DNA of 50,309 nt from Shigella phage Sfin-3. Location: sequence record MN296515; one strand, given 5' to 3'. This document shows, piece by piece, positions 43,657 to 49,984 of this stretch (position 1 is the stretch's first letter; each line of letters starts with the position of its first letter). A program made the translations under genes and the position numbers. The notes below the pieces were generated by a model, which saw nothing but the letters and a program-made list of their open reading frames with translations, was not told the origin of the DNA and did no database searches.

Positions 43657-43973
43657 TTTTTACCGTCCCAAGTTTGATACGCCGTCACCAGGTTGATGCT
43701 ATGATCGAACTCATCAATGCTTAGCGATCCGATTCGAACCAATTCTTTTTCATGCTTGATATCAATCATCCTGCCATATGGATGACCTGGAACGTATTTG
43801 AACAGTCGCTTGCTGTCGGCAATGTCGGCATTGATCCCGTAGAATCTACCTACCGCCGCCTTCACGCGCTCCATGATATTTTTTTCGTGAATTGCCGCCG
43901 CGTTATTCAGTGCCGCAACCGTGCTTCCGTTAATCTTCGGTGACTTCGTTGTGATTTTGTAAGTGTGGTTCAT
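43653..43973 (-). CDS. hypothetical protein (106 aa)
   Basis: Track ORF. Confidence 0.55.
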   Translation of the reverse strand: MNHTYKITTKSPKINGSTVAALNNAAAIHEKNIMERVKAAVGRFYGINADIADSKRLFKYVPGHPYGRMIDIKHEKELVRIGSLSIDEFDHSINLVTAYQTWDGKK

Positions 43974-43990
43974 TACTCCCCCTTAACCAT

Positions 43991-44191
43991 TCAGGATAGC
44001 TTTCGCGCTTCATCAATGATAACAGGTTCGAGGCGCTCAAGTCGAACGCGGAACGTGTTCATAAATCCCTCGTTGTTCTTCAATAATTCGAAGGCATCCG
44101 TAGCTTCAATTGCGCTATTTCCCATGTAGGCAACTACTCTCTTTTGCGTCTTGCGTGAGATCGCAACCACGCGGTAGATATTATCACTCAT
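43991..44191 (-). CDS. hypothetical protein (66 aa)
   Basis: ATG 44191 with AAGGGGG RBS; overlaps stop of upstream gene. Confidence 0.5.
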   Translation of the reverse strand: MSDNIYRVVAISRKTQKRVVAYMGNSAIEATDAFELLKNNEGFMNTFRVRLERLEPVIIDEARKLS

Positions 44192-44555
44192 ACAATGCCC
44201 CCTTAACACGATCCGCAATGCAGGAGTTTACAGTGATTGAGTAGTTAGCCACGCCCCATAATGCAATATTGCCAAGCTCGGTACGCATTGATGGATTGTT
44301 AAGCTGGATTATTGTCTCTCCAGTATCATTATCAATAAAGCGAGACACGCCTAAATGGTCCACCACGCGGGTTACTCGGTTCACGCACTCCATTGCATCA
44401 CTTACACCGTAATAAGCGCTTAGAGCGGCTCTCACTGCCTTCTCTTGCTTGTTGTAAATCTTGCGAGCAATGTTCTCGATCGCTACGTTCTCTTTCTCGT
44501 CAGTCTGGATTGCTGTGCTTGCTGAGAAGTCAAGGTCTACGAATTGTTTAAACAT
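44184..44555 (-). CDS. hypothetical protein (123 aa)
   Basis: ATG 44555 with AGAGGG RBS (track start 44579 is TTG overlapping upstream gene). Confidence 0.5.
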   Translation of the reverse strand: MFKQFVDLDFSASTAIQTDEKENVAIENIARKIYNKQEKAVRAALSAYYGVSDAMECVNRVTRVVDHLGVSRFIDNDTGETIIQLNNPSMRTELGNIALWGVANYSITVNSCIADRVKGALYE

Positions 44556-44559
44556 GTAA

Positions 44560-44790
44560 TCACCCTCTAAAACTATCAATTGTATCGTTGATGTATTTCA
44601 CTTGCGCCTCTACGTCAGACGTGGCTATATACTGGAATGTATCGTAATCTTCCCAAAGGTCGACAAGCTCAACCTTTGTATGATGCTCTTTTAATCCACC
44701 CATGTGACCGTAATGTGTGCGGTAGACGATGAATCCCTCATCATTGGCGCGCTGGATTGCTTTCTTCAATCCGGGGTGTTTAATTGCCAT
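44560..44790 (-). CDS. hypothetical protein (76 aa)
   Basis: ATG 44790 with AACCAATCAGGAG RBS; track GTG start 44823 overlaps the -10 at 44822-44827. Confidence 0.55.
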   Translation of the reverse strand: MAIKHPGLKKAIQRANDEGFIVYRTHYGHMGGLKEHHTKVELVDLWEDYDTFQYIATSDVEAQVKYINDTIDSFRG

Positions 44791-44821
44791 CTTATCAATC
44801 TCCTGATTGGTTGGTGTGTTC

Positions 44822-44864
44822 ACTATACCCCGATTCCCTTCGAGGCGTTTAGCAAAAAGTGCTA
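44822..44864 (-). promoter_or_regulatory. composite promoter module, minus strand (TAGCA-ctttt-TGCTA, 22 nt, -10 TATAGT)
   Basis: Palindrome 44850-44864; -10 44822-44827; ATG 44790. Confidence 0.55.
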
Positions 44865-44865
44865 T

Positions 44866-45051
44866 TTAGAATTTTACATCTTCAACAAGCTCAACCATTT
44901 TGTAACCCAAGCGATAAGAGTCGCCGAACAACAACAGACCCATAAATTCATCGTTGGTTATTGACTCCTTGCCAACAGTTTTAAGCTCTCCGTTGTGAAT
45001 CACGGTATCGCCTATCTTGATCTCTGATTTATGAACTAATTTTGTTTTCAT
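44866..45051 (-). CDS. hypothetical protein (61 aa)
   Basis: Track ORF. Confidence 0.5.
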   Translation of the reverse strand: MKTKLVHKSEIKIGDTVIHNGELKTVGKESITNDEFMGLLLFGDSYRLGYKMVELVEDVKF

Positions 45052-45066
45052 TTTCTGACCCGTTAA

Positions 45067-45252
45067 TTAGAAGAAAGATACGTAGTTTGCAATACCTTTA
45101 GCGTCGTCGTTAGGCATTGCTTTGATAGCCAGGTCATAACCAGCCTCGACCTTCTGCTTTGCTGACTCTTCGTTGTATCCCCAAATAACCAGGATCTTAA
45201 CTACGTTTTCTTTGCTCAGGACTTTAAGGTCTTTAGTGATGCGAAGTGCCAT
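45067..45252 (-). CDS. hypothetical protein (61 aa)
   Basis: Track ORF; GAGGAAAAAC RBS; module 45287-45329 upstream. Confidence 0.5.
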   Translation of the reverse strand: MALRITKDLKVLSKENVVKILVIWGYNEESAKQKVEAGYDLAIKAMPNDDAKGIANYVSFF

Positions 45253-45286
45253 TTTTGTTTTTCCTCAATCTCGTTTCGATGAGGTA

Positions 45287-45329
45287 ATTATGCCAAATCA
45301 CACCGATCGAGTTTTAACAAAAAGTGCTA
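45287..45329 (-). promoter_or_regulatory. composite promoter module, minus strand (TAGCA-ctttt-TGTTA, 22 nt, -10 CATAAT)
   Basis: Palindrome 45315-45329; -10 45287-45292; ATG 45252. Confidence 0.5.
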
Positions 45330-46018
45330 TCCGCGATAGCTTTAAAAAATCCCCTGGGCGACAGGGATCGTATCAACTTAGTTTTGGCAGATTTGCCGCC
45401 CAGCTTGTTTTGCTGTGCAGAGTACCCGTCAGGCAGGTTTACAGGTTTTCTCTCGGGCATGACAAAATCGCCAGAGGTCCAAAGACAAGTTTTCTTCGGA
45501 TAAGCATCGCGCGGCGCAATATACATCGGGAACCAGGGATGTGAGTCATTCTCAGGAAGATAGCCGCCATACTCCCAGGGATTGAAGGAGTGATTTGGTT
45601 TTCTCCACGCAGACGACAGGACGCTCACCGGATTCTCAATGATGTAAGTCACGCCCAGGCTATCTCCAATGTTCGCAGCAATCCGGGCGGTGGCGACAGC
45701 TTTCTCCTGGAACAACGGATCACGTTCACGCTTGCTGGCAAAGTGGCGAGCACCACTAACAGCCAGGTCAGTGCACGGCGGGAAGGCTATAATGAAATCC
45801 GGCTTGCCATACACGCCAGCTATAGCATCACGCTCAAACGCTGCGTCAATGAACACGTTCACATACTCAATGTTCGGATGCTCCACTCGGGCATTGTACT
45901 TTGCATAATCCCCGTGATCGGCTCCGTCAAAGTTGAAGCACATCACCTTGTGACCTTGCTTAGCCAGTTCATGACCTGCAAGGCCGGAACCGTCGAATAG
46001 CGACCAAATCAACTTCAT
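45314..46018 (-). CDS. small DNA (cytosine-5)-methyltransferase-like protein
   Basis: 234 aa; motif I SLFDGSG, motif IV FPPC (catalytic Cys), motif VI ENP in canonical order; shorter than typical C5-MTases. Confidence 0.55.
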   Translation of the reverse strand: MKLIWSLFDGSGLAGHELAKQGHKVMCFNFDGADHGDYAKYNARVEHPNIEYVNVFIDAAFERDAIAGVYGKPDFIIAFPPCTDLAVSGARHFASKRERDPLFQEKAVATARIAANIGDSLGVTYIIENPVSVLSSAWRKPNHSFNPWEYGGYLPENDSHPWFPMYIAPRDAYPKKTCLWTSGDFVMPERKPVNLPDGYSAQQNKLGGKSAKTKLIRSLSPRGFFKAIADSTFC

Positions 46019-46158
46019 TTTGCGATCTCCTTTTTGTAGTGATTCAGCTTGTCGATGATTGACTTCGACTTGTTGGCTAGCGCCATGTCAGAGAACAGAG
46101 CCACGCGATAGATGTGTTCGTAACGATTAATGGCCGCGTTGATGTTTGCAATATTCAT
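46015..46158 (-). CDS. hypothetical small protein (47 aa)
   Basis: ATG 46158 with CAACCAATCAGAGGA RBS; track GTG start 46197 would overlap the -10; stop overlaps next ATG. Confidence 0.45.
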   Translation of the reverse strand: MNIANINAAINRYEHIYRVALFSDMALANKSKSIIDKLNHYKKEIAK

Positions 46159-46188
46159 GTCGATTCCTCTGATTGGTTGATGTGATGA

Positions 46189-46233
46189 ATCATACACTGC
46201 CAGCCTGACCAGGTCGTTAGCAAAAAATGCTAT
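46189..46233 (-). promoter_or_regulatory. composite promoter module, minus strand (perfect TAGCA-ttttt-TGCTA, 24 nt, -10 TATGAT)
   Basis: Palindrome 46219-46233; -10 46189-46194; ATG 46158. Confidence 0.5.
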
Positions 46234-46433
46234 TCCAATAGTTGCTCATTATTCCACCAGTAATGGAATATCTGGAATAATTGCGATCCCGATTGATCTC
46301 GAATGATGAAATGTGATTGTTGCATGATGTGCAACTGTTGATGTGATTGTTGCTTGGAATGCAATGATTGTGAGAGGGAGGATTTAGTGTTACCCGGTTC
46401 GCCTGGTAGTCATCTCCATTTTTAGCAAAACGT

Positions 46434-46448
46434 GCTATCGATTACACT
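46434..46448 (-). promoter_or_regulatory. palindrome copy (TAGCA-cgttt-TGCTA) without evident -10
   Basis: Minus-strand orientation in intergenic region B; no TATAAT-like hexamer at 22-24 nt. Confidence 0.35.
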
Positions 46449-46754
46449 TTAACTTGTCACGACTGTAATATTTGTCTAGAATCGCACTTGTGACAAAATT
46501 ACGCACTGTGACGCATAACAATAGACATGTAGATATATGTATATATATAATATATATAGTGTTTTTTTATTTATATATATAGATAATCATATTGTAATGG
46601 TTGTGTATAGCCGTCTTACATTGTCTAGCGTACTGTTGGCATATTTCTATCTGCATGTTTATATATACAGTACTTTTTTGAGAGCCATATATTTCTATAT
46701 GGACCCTAGACAGCTAGACAAATGTTACACAGCTTAAAATTGGCTCGCAGGCAT

Positions 46755-46783
46755 TGACAGCCCTACATTGCGCCGTCACAATG
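46755..46783 (+). promoter_or_regulatory. weak sigma70-like promoter candidate (TTGACA-17-CACAAT)
   Basis: -35 46755-46760 perfect, -10 46778-46783 poor; in AT-rich region B upstream of gene 46842. Confidence 0.3.
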
Positions 46784-46841
46784 GCAATTGTTGACATGTT
46801 ATGACAACATTTACACATCAATAGACAAATAAGGATGAATT

Positions 46842-47357
46842 ATGAGCAATACCAATCAGGAATTAAAAATCACCGATATGATTCGACTAACCTGCGATGC
46901 AATGTACCGCGACAAAGGCATGACCGAGTTCTCTTTCGTGGCTGATGATATGGCCATCGAGGCCGCGCGATTCTACTTCCGTGGCCAGGAGGTAAGCGAT
47001 GCCGATCTTGAATCTGCCGCTGCCGGATGGGTGGACCAGAACCAGGGGGAGGTAGAGAAGAGATTCAAGTCCGCTTTCATTACTCCGATCATTACCCGGC
47101 ACTTTTGCAAGTACGGCAAGGTGGCAAAGGTGAAGGTAGGCCGGAATGACGCGGCAATCACAATGATAACCGTTATCGTTACAGACGAAGAGGTTCCAGT
47201 GAAGAAACGCCGTAGCCGGAAAAAAGTTAGCCTGGCCGACTGCCTGGATTCGTTTGATGTTGATGTTAGCAAGCTATCCGATAGCGAGTTAATGGTTCGT
47301 GATGTGAATGAGATCGTGCGCCAGATGAAAGCGCATATTGAAAAGTGTGGACTGTAA
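46842..47357 (+). CDS. hypothetical protein (171 aa)
   Basis: Track ORF; first gene after AT-rich region B; AAGGATGAA RBS. Confidence 0.6.
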   Translation: MSNTNQELKITDMIRLTCDAMYRDKGMTEFSFVADDMAIEAARFYFRGQEVSDADLESAAAGWVDQNQGEVEKRFKSAFITPIITRHFCKYGKVAKVKVGRNDAAITMITVIVTDEEVPVKKRRSRKKVSLADCLDSFDVDVSKLSDSELMVRDVNEIVRQMKAHIEKCGL

Positions 47358-47372
47358 CGCTGATAGGTGAAA

Positions 47373-47415
47373 TAGCACTTTTTGTTAAAGCTCGGTCGAG
47401 CGGATCGGGTATTAT
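47373..47415 (+). promoter_or_regulatory. composite promoter module (TAGCA-ctttt-TGTTA, 22 nt, -10 TATTAT)
   Basis: Palindrome 47373-47387; -10 47410-47415; ATG 47448. Confidence 0.55.
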
Positions 47416-47447
47416 CTTTTCATCGACACGATACAGAGGAAACGAAG

Positions 47448-47642
47448 ATGGAAACGCAAATTGACGTAGTGGTTGTTCAGCGGGACTCAACTCATGAAAA
47501 GGGTCTTTTCAAGAAAGGAACCGAAATCACGATCGACCTTGAGGATATGGTTGCGTATCACTCGGGCCTTACCTGGAACGTGGTGCGCGTAGGGAGCGAC
47601 TACAAACTCAAAGGCTTTAACACTTACTTTGCGGAGGCTTAA
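47448..47642 (+). CDS. hypothetical protein (64 aa)
   Basis: ATG 47448 with CAGAGGAAACGAAG RBS after module 47373-47415. Confidence 0.5.
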   Translation: METQIDVVVVQRDSTHEKGLFKKGTEITIDLEDMVAYHSGLTWNVVRVGSDYKLKGFNTYFAEA

Positions 47643-47644
47643 TC

Positions 47645-48115
47645 ATGGCGACAATTACCGTATTTCTTGCTAAAGATGAACTTGACGATGAAATGTCATT
47701 CTTCGCATTCGAGCACAAAACCGGATCGCACTGGCACACTTACAGCCATTACACGGTTATCTCAATCGAAGCGTACGACGGCGAACTGCTCACTGATAAA
47801 CTGAGTAATTTCATTGAAGCCGTTAAAGCTAGCGGCGGCTGCGAGTGGAAGGAAGATCACGAAGTTATGCGAATGCTTGAGATGGTCAATCCGGTTCGAC
47901 TTGAGTCTTTCGAGCTTGATTCTGACGTGAGCATTAAGGTGAGAAAGCCGGGTGAGTTGTTGCCGGGGATGCGTGTGCTGACTGGTTACTCAGGTCGTAA
48001 AGTGTGGCGAACCATATCGAAGATTCGCCAGCGTTCGGCAACATGCTATAGCGTATTCTTTGATGACGGCTGGAATGAGGTTGCTGGTAGTAACGTGAAG
48101 TATCTTACCAAATAG
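47645..48115 (+). CDS. hypothetical protein (156 aa)
   Basis: Track ORF; TAG stop is first triplet of palindrome 48113-48127. Confidence 0.55.
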   Translation: MATITVFLAKDELDDEMSFFAFEHKTGSHWHTYSHYTVISIEAYDGELLTDKLSNFIEAVKASGGCEWKEDHEVMRMLEMVNPVRLESFELDSDVSIKVRKPGELLPGMRVLTGYSGRKVWRTISKIRQRSATCYSVFFDDGWNEVAGSNVKYLTK

Positions 48116-48155
48116 CACGAATTGTTAAAACAGGATCGGGGTATCTTGCTATAGT
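48113..48155 (+). promoter_or_regulatory. composite promoter module (TAGCA-cgaat-TGTTA, 22 nt, -10 TATAGT)
   Basis: Palindrome 48113-48127; -10 48150-48155 inside hairpin 48138-48161; ATG 48194. Confidence 0.55.
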
Positions 48156-48193
48156 TACCCCATCAAAACGAGATACCAATCAGAGGATTCACC

Positions 48194-48424
48194 ATGTCAA
48201 TCGTCAAGAACCAACAAGCCATCGACTCAACCAGCCACAACCGCTTTGCTATTTTCATCACATCTATAGGTCGCCGATTTGCAGTTAAGGCCGCGCCTGG
48301 TGGATACAAAACATACATGGAGGATAACGGGAAATGGGTGTGGTGCGAAAACCTAGCCAACTTCCTGGTATGGAACGCAGACCTGCAAGGATTCGATGAT
48401 ATCAGCACTTTAATTGAGGAGTAA
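48194..48424 (+). CDS. hypothetical protein (76 aa)
   Basis: Track ORF; ACCAATCAGAGGA RBS; module 48113-48155 upstream. Confidence 0.5.
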   Translation: MSIVKNQQAIDSTSHNRFAIFITSIGRRFAVKAAPGGYKTYMEDNGKWVWCENLANFLVWNADLQGFDDISTLIEE

Positions 48425-48430
48425 ATAATA

Positions 48431-48658
48431 ATGCCACGTTACAGTAACCTAACCAAACTAGTCCGCGTCAACGGGCATATGATCCCGGCTAAATCTACTC
48501 ACTGCGCGAAAGGCGCAAAGCACGGATTATATTTCAAGTGGCGCGGTCAATGGAACTTCACGGCGGTGAGCAATTTTTACATGCGAGTTCCAGGTGATGA
48601 CCCGCAATCGGTAGTAGAAAACTCAATAGGTGACAACAAGATCGAGGTGCTAAAATGA
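48431..48658 (+). CDS. hypothetical protein (75 aa)
   Basis: Track ORF. Confidence 0.5.
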   Translation: MPRYSNLTKLVRVNGHMIPAKSTHCAKGAKHGLYFKWRGQWNFTAVSNFYMRVPGDDPQSVVENSIGDNKIEVLK

Positions 48659-48765
48659 ACTTCAATACAATAGCTCTATGGTCTGCCGTCTGGTTCTTCT
48701 GCATGGGTCACGTTATGGTCGGCATCGTGGTAATGCTTCCCCTGTGTGCGGGGGCGTTCGAATGA
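48655..48765 (+). CDS. hypothetical small membrane peptide (36 aa)
   Basis: ATG overlaps upstream TGA; hydrophobic ALWSAVWFFCMGHVMVGIVVMLPL; below ORF-track cutoff. Confidence 0.35.
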   Translation: MNFNTIALWSAVWFFCMGHVMVGIVVMLPLCAGAFE

Positions 48766-48935
48766 TGCGAATATTGATTTGCATGATGGCGGCTGTCGCC
48801 CTGGCTATCCTGGTAGTGTCCGGCTGCGGCGAGGTCAAAGAGCGATGCCATGAAACCGGGAGCCAGGCTACTACTTTCGTGATGGTTGGCAATGTTTTGC
48901 TACCAATCACATCAAATGAGATCACTTGCGAATAG
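48762..48935 (+). CDS. putative small lipoprotein (57 aa)
   Basis: ATG 48762 overlaps upstream stop (ATGATG); signal peptide with lipobox VVSGC; track ORF 48678 has a longer unsupported N-terminus. Confidence 0.45.
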   Translation: MMRILICMMAAVALAILVVSGCGEVKERCHETGSQATTFVMVGNVLLPITSNEITCE

Positions 48936-48944
48936 GATTTAACA

Positions 48945-49136
48945 ATGGCTGATTTTATGCACCAAATGATTGCAGTATTCAAAGGTAGTGAGGACCAGGA
49001 AGTGAAAGAGTGCTTTACCGTTGACAAGCCTTATAGTGCGTCGCTAACCAGCTTCGGTAACGTCTCATTGCTTGATGATAATGGCGACCCCTGGGTATTC
49101 GACGAAGATACTGATTGCTTCGAAATTAAAGAATAG
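48945..49136 (+). CDS. hypothetical protein (63 aa)
   Basis: Track ORF; TAG stop is first triplet of palindrome 49134-49148. Confidence 0.5.
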   Translation: MADFMHQMIAVFKGSEDQEVKECFTVDKPYSASLTSFGNVSLLDDNGDPWVFDEDTDCFEIKE

Positions 49137-49176
49137 CACTTTTTGTTAAAACTCAATTCCGGGGTTGCGATATAGT
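49134..49176 (+). promoter_or_regulatory. composite promoter module (TAGCA-ctttt-TGTTA, 22 nt, -10 TATAGT)
   Basis: Palindrome 49134-49148; -10 49171-49176 inside hairpin 49161-49182; ATG 49207. Confidence 0.55.
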
Positions 49177-49206
49177 AACCCCATCGATAACGAACGAGGA
49201 TTTATC

Positions 49207-49413
49207 ATGAAACTGCGGTGCATTGAATCAAATCAAATTAACTACTCAGAAGGCTTCGAATATGTCGCTCAAATCGATAGCTTTACAAACAAAAGCGGAG
49301 AGGTTATTGATGTGGTTCATGGAGTGTATACGTGGTTCTACTTTGACAAGAAAGCGCTAACAGCAACTAAGCACAATGGCGATGTGGTGGCTAAATTTAA
49401 ACGTGAACAATGA
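49207..49413 (+). CDS. hypothetical protein (68 aa)
   Basis: ATG 49207 with GAGGA RBS after module 49134-49176. Confidence 0.5.
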   Translation: MKLRCIESNQINYSEGFEYVAQIDSFTNKSGEVIDVVHGVYTWFYFDKKALTATKHNGDVVAKFKREQ

Positions 49414-49424
49414 GGATTGAAATC

Positions 49425-49913
49425 ATGAAAATTAAATTACTTTGCACTGGCGGTTACAAGGGCTTTACTCGCGACCTGGAATCTGACCCTATTATCGTTG
49501 ACGCCGTGAAGTGCGATGATAGCACGGGCGGCTACCGCGTAAAGGTCGATGACCTGGTTAAAGCTGGCGTGTACGATCTCGATTACGGCCTATCGGTTAG
49601 TCCAGTATTTGGCCCGGCTGACTTCAACGAGAATGACGGAACGATGTTCTTTTTTGAATGGGAAGTTCAGGCAAACATCAAGCCGCGAAAGGTTCGGCTT
49701 CTAAACAATGGCGGGTATCCTATGCGCCCTGGTTATGAGAATCGCACGTTCCCGGTTATTGTTGACTTTGAGGAAATTACCAGCACCCTGGCTTACGTTG
49801 GCAATGAACAACTCAATGCTGTAGGTTTTTGGGGTGGGATGAATAAAGAGTCACTTTGCTTCTTCCATCGCGACTCCGAACCGTTCTCTATTGAGTGCGA
49901 GCTAGTCTACTAA
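49425..49913 (+). CDS. hypothetical protein (162 aa)
   Basis: ATG 49425 with TGAGGATTGAAATC RBS (49410 alternative). Confidence 0.55.
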   Translation: MKIKLLCTGGYKGFTRDLESDPIIVDAVKCDDSTGGYRVKVDDLVKAGVYDLDYGLSVSPVFGPADFNENDGTMFFFEWEVQANIKPRKVRLLNNGGYPMRPGYENRTFPVIVDFEEITSTLAYVGNEQLNAVGFWGGMNKESLCFFHRDSEPFSIECELVY

Positions 49914-49954
49914 GCACGAATTGTTAAAAGTGGATTCGTCCTGACTGGTACAAT
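49912..49954 (+). promoter_or_regulatory. composite promoter module (AAGCA-cgaat-TGTTA, 22 nt, -10 TACAAT)
   Basis: Palindrome 49912-49926; -10 49949-49954; ATG 49985. Confidence 0.5.
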
Positions 49955-49984
49955 CCCCACATCGACCACTAAGAGGAAATCATT

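Larger units (their letters stand above)
46198..46841. repeat. AT-rich intergenic regulatory region B with TGTAA-N-TGTCTA iterons, TGGAAT and GATTG repeats
   Basis: Iterons 46465-46480, 46617-46629 (+), 46717-46733, ~46811-46828 (-); (TA)n core 46535-46600; ATTCCA/TGGAAT cluster 46243-46284; GATTG x4 and TTGCA-N5-TGCAA at 46293-46370. Confidence 0.55.

Noticed and set aside
46243-46375. Possible CRISPR array from short repeats in region B
   Set aside because: Repeats are 5-6 bp with irregular spacing and no conserved 28-37 bp repeat/spacer periodicity; no cas genes in the window.
308-49926. Regulon palindrome TAGCAC-N3-TTGCTA resembles a sigma54 -24/-12 promoter (TGGCAC-N5-TTGC)
   Set aside because: Spacing between the GC dinucleotides is 2 bp shorter than sigma54 needs, the GG is AG in nearly all copies, and genes start 60-70 nt downstream with their own -10-like hexamer.
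308-49926. TTGCTAAAA half of the element resembles the T4 MotA box (TTTGCTTTA)
   Set aside because: The MotA box sits about 12 bp from the -10, whereas here the spacer is 22-24 bp and the element is part of a larger palindrome; the analogy is only conceptual.
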